A DNA stretch of 64,000 bases from Candidatus Poribacteria bacterium (GCA_965198175.1 OZ240245.1:1920001-1984000); one strand, 5' to 3'; counted from the stretch's first letter, positions 27,813 through 39,155 are shown. Program-made: numbers and translations. Notes: generated by a model not told the origin, from the sequence alone.

Positions 27813-29543
27813 ATGCCGAAAGTCAGTATTCTCTACAAAATCCTCGCACTCTCTCTCTTACTACAACTCATCAGCGCTTCTTGTATCCGTTCCGCTCGTG
27901 CAGACGATGGGTTCATCCGCTCTGAAATCCACAAACTCATCAGCGAAAACACTGCAGCCCGCAGAGCTGCTGTCATCGCGCTGGCAAAAACCGGTGACAT
28001 GCGCGTGGAGCCAATTCTCGAATCGTATAAATTGGGCGAACTTTATCTTTGGAGTGATATGGTTGTTCTCTGCAAAGAGATTATTGAGGACGAGGATTTC
28101 AACGAATTCTGCCGTGTCTCAGACGTACTGACCGGCGAACCAATTTTGGATGCAAACGGAGAGTCGCATGATGTCCCGGTGGAAGAACTTGAGGAGATTA
28201 GCCCATCAAGGTCAGAACGCAAACTTGCAAATAGTGCTAAGTTTCTTCTCAGGCTGTCATCGCCAGATCGCGAGGTCCGGATGTCAGGCGCTAAGAAATG
28301 CGGTGACCCACTGGGCATTGCCGAATCAGTACCCCAACTCCAGGAGATGTCAAAGAGCGACCCGGTCAAAAAAATGCGGTATATCGCCAAGGAAAGCCTG
28401 CTTCTCATCCGCTTAAACCAGAAGTCCTTAGAACTAGACCCTCGTGCCCATCTTGAAATTGCCCGTGAGTTGGGAAACATGAAAAGTATGCGGGGGCGAC
28501 CGCAGTTGCAAGTACTGTTCGATAGACTGATGAAAGGCGCCAACGAAGCCAACCTAGTTAACGAAGACGCTGGGAAAACGTATAAATTCGCGATTGACCA
28601 GATTGACGGTTATCAAGGTTTCGTGGGGGGGGTCGGCAATATATTTCGTGGGATTTCGCTCGGATCTGTCCTCATCCTCATGGCGCTGGGACTTGCGATT
28701 ACCTTCGGTCTGATGGGGGTCATCAACATGGCGCACGGCGAATTGATGATGATTGGGGCTTACGCGACTTTTGAGATGCAAAGATTGTTCGGTCATACGC
28801 CAGATAACCCATCTGACTGGTACTATGTCGCCGCGCTTCCTGTATCATTTCTGACAGCGGCTCTCGTTGGCTATATCATGGAGGTGTTGGTCGTCCGTTA
28901 CCTGTACCAGCGTCCATTGGAGTCGCTACTAGCAACATGGGGGATTGGGCTTGTCCTGATTCAACTTGTCCGCATTCGATATGGCGATAACATCGGCGTC
29001 AACGCCCCGACTTGGGCACGTGGGGGACTTGAAATTGTGCAAGATCTCATCCTCCCTTACAGCCGTTGCTTTATTATTGTCCTGTGCGGCATGTGCGTGC
29101 TGCTAATCTATTACCTGATGAACTACACCAAGTTGGGTTTGCGGATGCGGGCGACCATGCAGAATCGTAATATGGCAAGCAGCGTAGGGGTGAACACACA
29201 ACGCGTGGACCGGTACACCTTTGCCTTTGGCTCCGGGATCGCTGGAGTTGCAGGCTGCGCTTGGACGCTTATCGGCGGTGTCACACCGGATATGGGACAG
29301 ACCAATTTCATCATTGATTCGTTTCTCGTCGTTGTCACCGGAGGTGTGGGTGAACTTATCGGCGTTATATGTGCGGGACTGGGCATTGGTGTGCTGACGA
29401 AAGTGGTTGAACCGACGCAAATCGGTTCTTTCGTTGTCGGTGCGATTTGGGCAAAAATCATACTTCTGATTCTTATTGTCGCATTTATCCAGTTTAAGCC
29501 AGCAGGTCTGTTTGCACCGAAAGGCAGGCTCAGCGATGTTTAG
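27813..29543 (+). CDS. urtB: Urea ABC transporter permease with N-terminal helical extension
   Basis: 'LGLAITFGLMGVINMAHGE', 'RPLESLLATWG', 'DSFLVVV-x-GG'. Confidence 0.92.
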   Translation: MPKVSILYKILALSLLLQLISASCIRSARADDGFIRSEIHKLISENTAARRAAVIALAKTGDMRVEPILESYKLGELYLWSDMVVLCKEIIEDEDFNEFCRVSDVLTGEPILDANGESHDVPVEELEEISPSRSERKLANSAKFLLRLSSPDREVRMSGAKKCGDPLGIAESVPQLQEMSKSDPVKKMRYIAKESLLLIRLNQKSLELDPRAHLEIARELGNMKSMRGRPQLQVLFDRLMKGANEANLVNEDAGKTYKFAIDQIDGYQGFVGGVGNIFRGISLGSVLILMALGLAITFGLMGVINMAHGELMMIGAYATFEMQRLFGHTPDNPSDWYYVAALPVSFLTAALVGYIMEVLVVRYLYQRPLESLLATWGIGLVLIQLVRIRYGDNIGVNAPTWARGGLEIVQDLILPYSRCFIIVLCGMCVLLIYYLMNYTKLGLRMRATMQNRNMASSVGVNTQRVDRYTFAFGSGIAGVAGCAWTLIGGVTPDMGQTNFIIDSFLVVVTGGVGELIGVICAGLGIGVLTKVVEPTQIGSFVVGAIWAKIILLILIVAFIQFKPAGLFAPKGRLSDV

Positions 29544-30774
29544 AAAAACTGTAACTGTGCAGTCAAACAATCGAGGGGCTGACGAAGCGAGGTTCCAATC
29601 TATCCGGGCAAATGGACTGAGATTAAAGATGGAAAATGCGGAAAATGCAGTAACCAGTGGATGGTCAATTCTTCTCCAGCGCTATGTTCCGTGGACGCTA
29701 CTTTTCATCGGCTTAGTCCTCATTCCGCTGTTGTACTACACAGGTCTAATCACCATCGGGACAGTGAACATGCTCGGTCGGTACATGGCGTTCGCAATTG
29801 TCGCAGTGGGGCTAGATCTCATCTGGGGCTATACTGGCATTCTTAGCCTCTGCCAATCTTTCTTCTTCGCGTTGGGCGGCTACGCGATGGGGATGTATTT
29901 GGCGCACCACGGTGGTCCGGAGGGAATTATAGACGCCAATAGCTGGAAAATCCCCTCCTGCCTGTACGTCGTTTATCCGTACAAAGTCGGCGAAGCACCG
30001 GGGGACGCTTTGGTTCCATGGTTCTGGAAGCCCTTCTATACGCTTCCGGTGACAACGCTCCTAGGTTTGCTCATCCCAGGGTTAGCCGCTTTGGCGATCG
30101 GTTATTTCGGTTTTCGGAGTCGAGTTCGCGGGGTCTATTTCGCTATTCTGACACAGGCAATTACGGTGGCAGGGTGGTTAGTGTTCTGCATGAACAATAT
30201 GAAACTATGTGGCACGAACGGACTGACCCGGTTTGATCGAATTGCGGGGTTCAAATTAGCAAGCCCTAATGTCAAAGTGAGCCTGTATATCCTCACACTT
30301 CTCTCGCTTGTTGGCGTCTACGCCCTTTGTCGTTACGTCGTTAAATCTCGTTTAGGACGTGTCCTCATCGCCATTCGAGATGACGAAACTACCTTGCGTT
30401 TTTCGGGTTACAAACCCTACATCTATAAGCTATTCGCTTTTGTCCTTGCGGCCATGATCGCTGGGCTCGGTGGGATGCTTTACGCGCCGCAGATGGGTAT
30501 TTTTACGCCGACGAACATGGTGGCGAGTGCGTCCATTTTGGTTGTTGTCTGGGTCGCAGTTGGCGGGCGCGGCTCTCTTTCCGGCGCGATTCTCGGCGCG
30601 TTAACGGTAAATCTACTTTATAACTTTTTTACCTCTGAGAAGAACTTCTTCCTGTTTGTCTGGAAGGCAGAGTATTGGCAGTTTATTTTGGGCGGGCTAT
30701 TCATTGGGGTTGTGCTCTTGTTCCCCGGTGGTTTGATTGATTTGTGGCGCCGCTTGGTGGGTACTGCGAGATGA
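29536..30774 (+). CDS. urtC: Urea ABC transporter permease
   Basis: 'LDLIWGYTGILSL', 'RGVYFAILTQA', 'GTNGLT', 'WVAVGGRG'. Confidence 0.92.
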   Translation: MFRKTVTVQSNNRGADEARFQSIRANGLRLKMENAENAVTSGWSILLQRYVPWTLLFIGLVLIPLLYYTGLITIGTVNMLGRYMAFAIVAVGLDLIWGYTGILSLCQSFFFALGGYAMGMYLAHHGGPEGIIDANSWKIPSCLYVVYPYKVGEAPGDALVPWFWKPFYTLPVTTLLGLLIPGLAALAIGYFGFRSRVRGVYFAILTQAITVAGWLVFCMNNMKLCGTNGLTRFDRIAGFKLASPNVKVSLYILTLLSLVGVYALCRYVVKSRLGRVLIAIRDDETTLRFSGYKPYIYKLFAFVLAAMIAGLGGMLYAPQMGIFTPTNMVASASILVVVWVAVGGRGSLSGAILGALTVNLLYNFFTSEKNFFLFVWKAEYWQFILGGLFIGVVLLFPGGLIDLWRRLVGTAR

Positions 30775-30980
30775 GAATCAAAACCGAGAAAGGGGAAACC
30801 TCGTCTTTCGGAAAAACCCGGTTTCTCAGGGTGAAGGGGAAAGCGTGTTCGCGTTTCTAATCTTTGCATCCCTGCACAGCCCCAAGAGACTCAATTCTCT
30901 ACCCTAGGTCGGGGAAAAAATTGTCCAGAAATGTCATTGTGACTACCCCTCAAAAATAGATTGAACAAACCGGTTTTAAT

Positions 30981-31781
30981 ATGGACCAAGCCCAACGAAT
31001 CGCCGAATATAGAGAGTACAGCCCCCGAGCTAGTCGACTATCTGAAGAGCGATTTCTACTCTTTCTGGAAGGTGTTACCGCGAGCTTTGACGGATTCAAA
31101 GCGTTAGACATAGAGGCATTGGGAATTGAACATAACGAACTCCGTGTCATTATTGGTCCCAACGGGGCGGGCAAAACAACACTCTGCGACGTCGTAAGCG
31201 GTAAAACTCGACCGACAACCGGATATGTCTTTTTCGATGGCGCCGATATTACCTATCAGACGGAAGAGGAGATTGCGTTGCGGGGAATCGGAAGAAAATT
31301 TCAGACGCCGACCGTTTTCGACAGCCTCACGACCTACGAAAATATGGAACTCGCCCTTCCCGGTCACTACCATTTGTGGCCCAACCTGTTTGGGGACACA
31401 ACGAAAGCCCAGCAGGAGCACATCTTGGAGATTCTAGAGCGTGTGGGGCTCGCAGATGCGTTAGATCTTGAAGCCAAGTACCTGAGTCACGGACAACGTC
31501 AGTGGTTGGCAATTAGCACGCTCATCCTATCGAACCCCAAGTTGCTCCTCGTTGACGAACCTGCCGCCGGTTTAACGGATGCCGAAACGGCGTTGACTGC
31601 CGAACTCCTCCTCGAACTGAAGGGTGACCATACGCTTATCGTCATCGAACACGATATGGATTTTGTACGCCAACTCGATTCATTCGTGTCCGTGCTGAAT
31701 GAAGGTGTTATCATGGCGGAGGGAACAATGCAAGAGGTTCAGCAAAACGAGGAGGTCATTGAGGCGTATCTCGGACGGTAG
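30981..31781 (+). CDS. urtD: Urea ABC transporter ATP-binding protein
   Basis: 'SFDGFKAL', GPNGAGKT, 'GIGRKFQTP', 'LSHGQRQWL'. Confidence 0.93.
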   Translation: MDQAQRIAEYREYSPRASRLSEERFLLFLEGVTASFDGFKALDIEALGIEHNELRVIIGPNGAGKTTLCDVVSGKTRPTTGYVFFDGADITYQTEEEIALRGIGRKFQTPTVFDSLTTYENMELALPGHYHLWPNLFGDTTKAQQEHILEILERVGLADALDLEAKYLSHGQRQWLAISTLILSNPKLLLVDEPAAGLTDAETALTAELLLELKGDHTLIVIEHDMDFVRQLDSFVSVLNEGVIMAEGTMQEVQQNEEVIEAYLGR

Positions 31782-31848
31782 AACCGACAAAATAGGCAGA
31801 CAAGAACAAAAGTAATATCGGTCCAGCAGTACAGAGGTTCATTGGGAT

Positions 31849-31883
31849 TTACGTTTTACGCATTACTCGTTACGCATCGCGTA
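31849..31883 (+). repeat. Short tandem heptamer repeat (TTACGCA-like, 5 units)
   Basis: ttacgtt ttacgca ttactcg ttacgca tcgcgta, between urtD and urtE. Confidence 0.5.
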
Positions 31884-31894
31884 TCACCAAAATC

Positions 31895-32590
31895 ATGCTA
31901 ACAGTCTCAAATCTCTCATTCTCATATGGAGAAGTCCAAGTATTGCGGGGGGTAGATATCTACGTGCCCGCCGAGACAATTGTCTCTATGATGGGACGCA
32001 ACGGTGTCGGCAAAACGACGCTGCTGAACAATATCGTCGGACTGCTCAAACCGTCGTCCGGCTCGATTAAGATCGAAGGGCGCGAACTCGTGGGTGTTGC
32101 AACACACCGGCGGATTCGCGCCGGGTTGGCTTACGTGCCGCAGGGACGGATGATCTTTCCGAAACTGACCGTTGAGGAAAATTTGAGGGTCGGGCTCTCG
32201 GCGCGGGCGGATAAACGGACACAAATCCCGGATGAGATATATGAACTCTTCCCAATTCTCAAAGAGATGGGAAGCCGGATGGGCGGCGACCTTTCCGGAG
32301 GACAGCAGCAACAGCTTTCCATTGGACGCGCCCTAGTTACCGATCCGAAGGTTCTCATCCTCGATGAACCCACCGAGGGCATCCAACCGAATATCATTCA
32401 ACAGATTGGGGCGGTGCTTCGACAATTGGTTGAAAACAGAAAGCTAACAATTCTCATCGTTGAACAATACCTCGATTTTGTTCGGGAATTCTGCCAGCAG
32501 TTTTACATTATGAACCGTGGCGAGATTGTCGCGCACGGTGAAACCGACTCGCTCAACCAGAACATGATTCGGGAGTACCTCAGCGTTTAA
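31895..32590 (+). CDS. urtE: Urea ABC transporter ATP-binding protein
   Basis: GRNGVGKT, 'YVPQGR-x-IFP', 'DEPTEGIQPNI'. Confidence 0.93.
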   Translation: MLTVSNLSFSYGEVQVLRGVDIYVPAETIVSMMGRNGVGKTTLLNNIVGLLKPSSGSIKIEGRELVGVATHRRIRAGLAYVPQGRMIFPKLTVEENLRVGLSARADKRTQIPDEIYELFPILKEMGSRMGGDLSGGQQQQLSIGRALVTDPKVLILDEPTEGIQPNIIQQIGAVLRQLVENRKLTILIVEQYLDFVREFCQQFYIMNRGEIVAHGETDSLNQNMIREYLSV

Positions 32591-32591
32591 G

Positions 32592-33440
32592 ATGTCACGC
32601 ATCAAGTCTACCGCCGGGCGCCACGGCGAACTCAAGCTCGCCTTCGCACAACGAAACGGGGATACCGTGTTGGCGGAGAGTTTCTTTCGGGTGCCGTTAC
32701 AGGTGATGAAGCCGCGTTACGACGTGTCGGGTTGTGCTTGTGTATACCTTTTGAGTCCAACGGGGGGCATAGTCCAGGGCGACGACTACCAGATTGAGAT
32801 TACCCTCGCCGCTAACACTCACGCAATTCTGACGACGCAAGCGGCGACGAAAGTTTACGCCATGCCCTTGCAGGGCGCAGCGCAGTCTATGCGAGTTCAG
32901 GTAGGGAAAGATGCAATCTTTGAATACCAGCCTGATTCAACAATCCTGTTTCGAGATACGAACTTTAGTCAACAAATCTCCTTCTCTCTAGAGCGTGGGG
33001 CAAAGGTTGTCCTGCAGGAAATAATCATGCCGGGGCGATTGGCACGAGGCGAAACGTTGGCATTTACACGCTATCAGAGTTGCATTGAGGCTTCGGATTC
33101 GGATGGGTTGTTGCTTTATGACGCATGCTGCATCCAACCGGATCGCCAACCTTACCTAACCAAACTAGGAGTGTTAGAGGGATATACCTGCTGGGGAAGT
33201 TGGTATCTAATCGGCGATTTTGAAATGCCCGAGTGGGAGTTGCTTTGTGAATATTCCGAATTGCTGCTCAATCAGCCTTCAAAATCGTCCGGTGGATTAT
33301 CTCAACTGCACCGGGGCGGCATCGCTATCCGGATGCTCGCTCACAACGCAGGAACGATTCATTCTGCCTTTCAAACGATCTGGGATTGGCTGAAGATAGA
33401 ACATTTCGGACTCACAAGCGTTGATCTGCGAAAGTATTAA
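32592..33440 (+). CDS. ureD: Urease accessory protein
   Basis: 'GGIVQGD', 'TTQAATKVY', 'PGRLARGE', C-terminal 'LRKY'. Confidence 0.92.
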   Translation: MSRIKSTAGRHGELKLAFAQRNGDTVLAESFFRVPLQVMKPRYDVSGCACVYLLSPTGGIVQGDDYQIEITLAANTHAILTTQAATKVYAMPLQGAAQSMRVQVGKDAIFEYQPDSTILFRDTNFSQQISFSLERGAKVVLQEIIMPGRLARGETLAFTRYQSCIEASDSDGLLLYDACCIQPDRQPYLTKLGVLEGYTCWGSWYLIGDFEMPEWELLCEYSELLLNQPSKSSGGLSQLHRGGIAIRMLAHNAGTIHSAFQTIWDWLKIEHFGLTSVDLRKY

Positions 33441-33458
33441 ACTCGGAGGATATGATTC

Positions 33459-33761
33459 GTGAACCTAACGCCCCGTGAACAAGAGAAGCTAATGATTTAC
33501 GTCGCGGCACAGCTTGCCAAAGATCGGCGGGCACGTGGCTTAAAACTCAACTACCCTGAAGCCGTCGCCATTATCACCGCCGAAATCCTGGAGGGCATCC
33601 GTGAAGGGAAATCGGTCGCAGAATTGATGCAGTACGGCACCACCCTACTGAACCACGACGATGTGATGGAAGGCGTGCCGGAGATGCTGCACGAAGTGCA
33701 GGTTGAGGGTACGTTCCCCGATGGCACGAAGCTCGTCACTGTCCACGATCCGATTCGGTAA
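33459..33761 (+). CDS. ureA: Urease subunit gamma
   Basis: 'LTPREQEKL', 'GLKLNYPEA', '[12 protein letters not shown]'. Confidence 0.97.
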   Translation: MNLTPREQEKLMIYVAAQLAKDRRARGLKLNYPEAVAIITAEILEGIREGKSVAELMQYGTTLLNHDDVMEGVPEMLHEVQVEGTFPDGTKLVTVHDPIR

Positions 33762-33787
33762 GAATGAACAGTTAAGGAGTAATAAAG

Positions 33788-34102
33788 ATGATTCCCGGAG
33801 AATACATACTTGCGGAAGAAAACATTACTGCCAACGCTGAGCGTAAGACTGTTGAGTTAGCTGTTGCTAACATCGGTGACCGACCCATACAGGTCGGATC
33901 GCACTTCCACTTTTTTGAGGTCAACGCCGCGCTACAATTCGATCGAGAGAAGGCGTTCGGTATGCGGTTGAATATCCCGTCAGGCGTCGCTGTACGCTTT
34001 GAGCCGGGCGATGAAAAAACGGTGACGCTCACAGAATTGAAGGGTAAGCGAATCGTGCACGGATTGAACAATCAAACCAACGGGGCGCTTGATGAAGCGT
34101 AA
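33788..34102 (+). CDS. ureB: Urease subunit beta
   Basis: 'MIPGE', '[17 protein letters not shown]', 'AVRFEPG'. Confidence 0.97.
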   Translation: MIPGEYILAEENITANAERKTVELAVANIGDRPIQVGSHFHFFEVNAALQFDREKAFGMRLNIPSGVAVRFEPGDEKTVTLTELKGKRIVHGLNNQTNGALDEA

Positions 34103-34113
34103 AGGAAAGGACA

Positions 34114-35832
34114 ATGTCGCTCAACATCCCACGACGCACCTACACAGACATCTACGGACCGACCGTCGGCGATAAAGTTCGCCTCGCGGACACCGAGCTA
34201 TTTGTCGAAGTCGAGAGAGATTATACAACTTACGGCGATGAGTCAAAATTTGGAGGCGGCAAGACTCTGCGCGATGGCATGGGACAGATGCCCGGTGCTA
34301 CTAGCGCGGAAGGCGTCCTCGATCTCGTTCTGACAAATGCTCTAATCCTAGACTATTGGGGAATTGTCAAGGCAGACATTGGGGTGCGTAACGGAAAAAT
34401 CGTTGGGATTGGCAAGGCAGGGAATCCGAACATTATGGATGGCGTCAGCGACGGAATGGTTGTCGGTGCGGGAACTGAGGTCATTGCCGCCGAGGGGATG
34501 ATTGTGACGCCAGGGGGACTTGATGTCCACATCCATTTCATCTGCCCCCAGCAGATAGATGAAGCCCTCTCATCGGGGATCACGACGATGATTGGCGGTG
34601 GGACGGGACCAGCAACTGGCACTAACGCCACCACCTGCACCCCTGGCACGTGGAATATTGAGCGAATGCTTGAAGCTGCTGAAGGGTTCCCAATCAATCT
34701 CGGTTTTTTGGGAAAGGGTAACTCATCGCTGCCGGAGTCTCTCAATGAACAGATTGAGGCGGGGGCGTTGGGGCTGAAACTCCACGAGGATTGGGGAACA
34801 ACGCCCGCTGCGATAGACTGCTGTCTATCCGTCGCCGATAAATACGATGTGCAGGTCGCCATCCACACCGACACGCTCAACGAGGCGGGGTTTGTCGAAG
34901 ATTCGATTGCCGCATTCAAGGGACGAACGATTCACACCTACCACACCGAAGGCGCAGGTGGTGGACACGCGCCGGATATCATCAAAGTCTGCGGTCAAAG
35001 CAACGTGTTGCCCTCCTCGACCAATCCCACGCGACCGTTCACGGTCAACACCATTGACGAGCACCTCGACATGCTGATGGTCTGCCACCATCTTGATGCC
35101 TCCATTCCCGAAGACCTTGCCTTCGCGGAGTCACGGATTCGTCCGGAGACAATCGCCGCCGAAGATATTCTGCACGACCTCGGCGCCTTTAGCATGATGG
35201 CGTCCGATTCACAGGCGATGGGACGTGTCGGCGAGGTAATTCTGCGCACATGGCAGACCGCCCACAAGATGAAAGTACAACGCGGTCGTTTCCCTGACGA
35301 AACAGGCGAAAACGATAACGTCCGCGCAAAACGGTACGTCGCCAAGTACGCGATTAATCCGGCGGTTACCCACGGCATCAGTGACCATGTTGGATCGATT
35401 GAAGTGGGCAAACTCGCGGATTTGGTGGTCTGGCATCCGGCGTTTTTTGGCGTCAAACCGCAATTGGTGCTAAAAGGTGGATTCCTCGTCTGGGCGGCGA
35501 TGGGCGACGCAAACGCCTCGATTCCAACTCCCCAGCCAGTGCTAGGGCGTCCGATGTTTGGCGCTTTTGGGCGCGTGCCGTATTCCGCTTCCTACACCTT
35601 TGTTTCGCAAGCGGGGGTTGAGAGAGAGGTCGGTGTCCGTCTCGGTCTACAAAAGCCGACTGTTGCCGTGAAAAATTGCCGTGACTTGGACAAATCGTTG
35701 ATGATAAACAATACCTACTTGCCGAAGATTGAGGTAAACCCCGAAACCTACGAAGTCCGCGCAGATGGCGAACTCCTCACCTGCGAACCTGCCGAAGTCC
35801 TTCCCATGGCACAGCGTTACTTCCTGTTTTGA
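34114..35832 (+). CDS. ureC: Urease subunit alpha
   Basis: HIH, 'LKLHEDWG', 'HTDTLNE', 'MVCHHL', 'SDSQAMGR', 'AQRYFLF'. Confidence 0.98.
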   Translation: MSLNIPRRTYTDIYGPTVGDKVRLADTELFVEVERDYTTYGDESKFGGGKTLRDGMGQMPGATSAEGVLDLVLTNALILDYWGIVKADIGVRNGKIVGIGKAGNPNIMDGVSDGMVVGAGTEVIAAEGMIVTPGGLDVHIHFICPQQIDEALSSGITTMIGGGTGPATGTNATTCTPGTWNIERMLEAAEGFPINLGFLGKGNSSLPESLNEQIEAGALGLKLHEDWGTTPAAIDCCLSVADKYDVQVAIHTDTLNEAGFVEDSIAAFKGRTIHTYHTEGAGGGHAPDIIKVCGQSNVLPSSTNPTRPFTVNTIDEHLDMLMVCHHLDASIPEDLAFAESRIRPETIAAEDILHDLGAFSMMASDSQAMGRVGEVILRTWQTAHKMKVQRGRFPDETGENDNVRAKRYVAKYAINPAVTHGISDHVGSIEVGKLADLVVWHPAFFGVKPQLVLKGGFLVWAAMGDANASIPTPQPVLGRPMFGAFGRVPYSASYTFVSQAGVEREVGVRLGLQKPTVAVKNCRDLDKSLMINNTYLPKIEVNPETYEVRADGELLTCEPAEVLPMAQRYFLF

Positions 35833-35896
35833 GGTCAAGTCCCGTTACCCAGGATCCCTGCAGCGCACTTGTCCTCTGCCCGTCCCTACGTAATAC

Positions 35897-35925
35897 TTGA
35901 ATTTCACTCTGGATTCGACTATAAT
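35897..35925 (+). promoter_or_regulatory. Strong sigma70-like promoter at the head of the cassette-like array
   Basis: TTGAAT-17 nt-TATAAT. Confidence 0.65.
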
Positions 35926-36065
35926 TAACAGTAGGTTTCCGCATTCCAAATGTCACTCCCTTTGAAAAACAATCGCTGTAGAAACAGGTGGAAAATCCCG
36001 TCTACTCAATAACTCAGTTGATTTCTTTCCCGCGCAAGGGCTGTTAGGCTGTGGAGAAACTGGAA

Positions 36066-36464
36066 ATGGATGACCAAATCCGGCACTACGAAGAGAGATT
36101 GAGCTACGAAACGGATTCGTGGGACCTCAATGAAGCCATCGAAAATGGCGAGAAGATTGTCGTAATAGACGCACGCTCTCGCGAAGCATTTCCTGAAGAG
36201 CATATTCCCGTAGCGGTCAATTTGCCGCATCGGACGATGAGCCGAGAGACGACATCGCATTTGGATCGAGAGATTCTCTATGTCACATACTGCGATGGTA
36301 TCGGTTGCAATGCATCAACCAAAGGCGCACTCAAGATGGCGCAGTTAGGATTTCGCGTAAAGGAACTTATTGGCGGCTTGGATTGGTGGAAGCGGGATGG
36401 TTACCATACGGAAACTACTGATGCAGGTTTAGATACGCAATCAACATCCTGTGGTTGTCAATAA
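36066..36464 (+). CDS. Rhodanese-like domain protein
   Basis: 'VIDARS...HIPVAVNLP', 'YCDGIGCNAS', 'LIGGLDWW'. Confidence 0.88.
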   Translation: MDDQIRHYEERLSYETDSWDLNEAIENGEKIVVIDARSREAFPEEHIPVAVNLPHRTMSRETTSHLDREILYVTYCDGIGCNASTKGALKMAQLGFRVKELIGGLDWWKRDGYHTETTDAGLDTQSTSCGCQ

Positions 36465-36587
36465 TCCTAAATCCTACAGTGCCAGCTATGAGGTATCCTA
36501 AGGAGTCTTTCCATTGCCTCATCTCCAACTATACATTTGATCGAACGTCCGCTGCAATCTACAATATGAAATTATGAGGCTGATATT

Positions 36588-36968
36588 GTGAATTGTCCGT
36601 TCTGCCCTCCATCGGTAAACGACAGGTTCGTTCGACTTGAGAATGAGTTGAGTCTCTTCATCGATCTTCAACATTCGATACTGCGAGGGTCTGGAATCAT
36701 TGTTCCAAGAACTCATCGACAATCAATGTTTGATCTCTCGGTAGAAGAATTTGTCTCCACATTCTCACTCCTGACCGAGGTCAAAACATTGATTGATGCT
36801 GAATACCATCCACAGGGCTACAATTTGGGTTGGAATTGCGGTGTCGTAGCTGGGCAAACGGTATTCCATGCTCATTTGCATGTCATACCGCGTTTCGAGT
36901 CTGAGCCTTATGCAGGTAGAGGAATTCGTTACTGGTTCAAGCAGGAACCCAACCGGCGCAGCACCTAA
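36588..36968 (+). CDS. HIT family protein
   Basis: CPFC, 'AGQTVFHAHLHVIPR'. Confidence 0.92.
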   Translation: MNCPFCPPSVNDRFVRLENELSLFIDLQHSILRGSGIIVPRTHRQSMFDLSVEEFVSTFSLLTEVKTLIDAEYHPQGYNLGWNCGVVAGQTVFHAHLHVIPRFESEPYAGRGIRYWFKQEPNRRST

Positions 36969-37111
36969 CGAGCTATTGCAGTTAATGGTGGAAAGCTAGC
37001 TTTTATCGATGTTATTGGAGTCTGCAGCGGGTTTGGGTTGTTGAACGTCTCTCGCCAAAACCCCAATCTGCTCGTCCGACTCATCTGCCAACTGAACATT
37101 TTCCGTTAAAC
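36963..37111 (+). mobile_element. attC-like integron cassette recombination site
   Basis: R'' ACCTAAC (RYYYAAC) overlaps the HIT stop codon; L''-like TTGCAGT; imperfect central palindrome; L'-like ACTGAAC; R' GTTAAAC (GTTRRRY) about 25 bp before the next ATG. Confidence 0.7.
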
Positions 37112-37135
37112 AGTTATGATTAGGAGAATCCGGAC

Positions 37136-37867
37136 ATGAACAATGCCAAAGCGCTTATACCACTAGGTTTCTTGCTTGCACTCGGTCTTGTGATATCGAC
37201 CTACCTCGTTACAAGCGTAGCACGAGATTTACTCATGGCTCGCCAGATTATCAAGGTAAGGGGATATGCCGAGATTCACGTCGAGTCAGATTTAGCGATA
37301 TGGCACATTACGGTCAAAGCGAAGGACAGGTACATGTCAAAGGCATACCCGATTCTTGCCGCACATCGTAAGAAAGTGATTGCTTTTCTAGAGGAGAATG
37401 GAGTGAAACCCGAGGAGATCAAAATCATTTCAGTCCAAGTGCGTGAACGAAAGAAACTGACAGAAAAGGGATACGAAACAAGCGAGATTGAGGCATTTCA
37501 ACTTTCCCAAGATATTACGGTCAAATCCAAAGATGTGCACAACATATCAAAAATATTGACAGCGATAGCCGACCTTCTTGGAGAAGGAGTAGACCTAAAG
37601 GCAGAAATGCCTAGCTACTATTACACGCGGGTGAACGAGTTGAAGAGCACGCTACTAGTGGAAGCGACTAAGGATGCACGGATGCGAGCAAAGACGTTGG
37701 CTGAAGGTAGCGACGTGAATCTAGGACCGCTCCGCGCCGCGCGTCAAGGTGTATTTAGCGTCCAGTCTGCGGACGCAAGCAGTATTGCCGAGAAAGCTGC
37801 TGATGACGTTGCATCTATCCCAAAGAAAATCACTGCCGTGGTAACAGTCGATTACGCGACGCGATGA
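37136..37867 (+). CDS. SIMPL (DUF541) domain protein
   Basis: N-terminal TM, 'VRGYAE-x-x-V-x-SDLAIW', 'ATKDARMRA-x-x-LA', 'ARQGVF'. Confidence 0.88.
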   Translation: MNNAKALIPLGFLLALGLVISTYLVTSVARDLLMARQIIKVRGYAEIHVESDLAIWHITVKAKDRYMSKAYPILAAHRKKVIAFLEENGVKPEEIKIISVQVRERKKLTEKGYETSEIEAFQLSQDITVKSKDVHNISKILTAIADLLGEGVDLKAEMPSYYYTRVNELKSTLLVEATKDARMRAKTLAEGSDVNLGPLRAARQGVFSVQSADASSIAEKAADDVASIPKKITAVVTVDYATR

Positions 37868-38009
37868 AAGATGACTTCCTCCTCACCGCAGCTTAGACTA
37901 CAAACCTAGGTTTCATGAAGGTTTTCAAGGGGTCGGTAGCGTTCCGTTCTTTGGATGTTATTCCGCGAACTCCCACAGCGACTGAACTCTGATTGTTGGA
38001 ACAGGTAGA

Positions 38010-39029
38010 ATGATCGAAAAAGAGGTCTTCATATACACCGATGGAGCTTGTCTCGGCAACCCGGGTAGGGGCGGATACGGCGTTGTGCTCTGTTATAATG
38101 CAAACCAGAAGCAGTTATCTGGAGGATTCCGTCTCACAACAAACAATCGGATGGAAATCATGGCAGCGATCGTCGGATTAAAGGCGCTAAAATCTCCCTG
38201 TACGGTTACGCTTTATACGGACTCAAGATACCTCGCTGATGCCATCACAAAAGGGTGGGCACGACGATGGAGAGCGAAAGGATGGTGGAGAACGGACAAA
38301 GAAAAAGCCTTAAATGCCGACCTGTGGAAGAGATTACTGGAATTGTGCGACCAACATACGGTCAAATTTCGCTGGATAAAAGGGCACGCGGGGCACGAAT
38401 GGAATGAGATTTGTGATAAGCTTTCAAAGGAGGCAGCAAGTGCCCCTAATCTTCCTGATGATGATGGATATACTGCAAAGCCTAGACCAGGCGTAGAGAA
38501 AGCGAGTTCGCCTCAGTGTGTGCAATTTAACGGGAAAAATTATACTTGGGATTCGGCGAACTGGTACGATACCGAGACACATCTAAAACCACCTGTGTCA
38601 GCGATTTGTGAGCTAAATAAGTGTTTGTTGCCTTTATTAGAGGAAGAAGACCAACAAATCGGGGATTTCCATGACCTGCTTGTGCGTGCCAAAGAAGCTC
38701 GAGACTCCAAACAATACGCAAGAGCGGGAAAACTCGCTCGGCGTGCGGTTAGACTGTCTCCTGATGACTTGGGTGCATTGGCTATACTATCCTCTTGCCT
38801 ACGCGCTCAAGGGAATCCAAGAGAAGCCCTTAAGGTAACCAATCGTTTTAAGTCTACACTTTACCTACCATTACTGAGTTCACGCGTGGCCGCACTATGT
38901 GACCTAGACAGATGGGAAGACGCGAAGAAAGTTGTTGACCGTGCGCTTTCTATCGGAACGGACAAAGAGAAATTCTCTGAAATAGTCGACCGAATAAAGG
39001 CTGCTAAACCTGAACTTTACAGCGAGTGA
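38010..39029 (+). CDS. rnhA: Ribonuclease HI fused to a C-terminal TPR-like helical domain
   Basis: '[11 protein letters not shown]', 'TTNNRME', 'TDSRY', 'NADLW', '[15 protein letters not shown]'; about 180 extra aa with TPR-like repeats. Confidence 0.85.
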   Translation: MIEKEVFIYTDGACLGNPGRGGYGVVLCYNANQKQLSGGFRLTTNNRMEIMAAIVGLKALKSPCTVTLYTDSRYLADAITKGWARRWRAKGWWRTDKEKALNADLWKRLLELCDQHTVKFRWIKGHAGHEWNEICDKLSKEAASAPNLPDDDGYTAKPRPGVEKASSPQCVQFNGKNYTWDSANWYDTETHLKPPVSAICELNKCLLPLLEEEDQQIGDFHDLLVRAKEARDSKQYARAGKLARRAVRLSPDDLGALAILSSCLRAQGNPREALKVTNRFKSTLYLPLLSSRVAALCDLDRWEDAKKVVDRALSIGTDKEKFSEIVDRIKAAKPELYSE

Positions 39030-39155
39030 TGGATTCAAGGGCACAGTCCATGACAAAGCGTTGCAGTTGAGACGACTTGAAGTGCGGTTCTAACGGGGTT
39101 TTGAGAGGCGGCGCGTTCTGGTTTGACGAACTTCATTTCACAAGAGAACAGAGTA

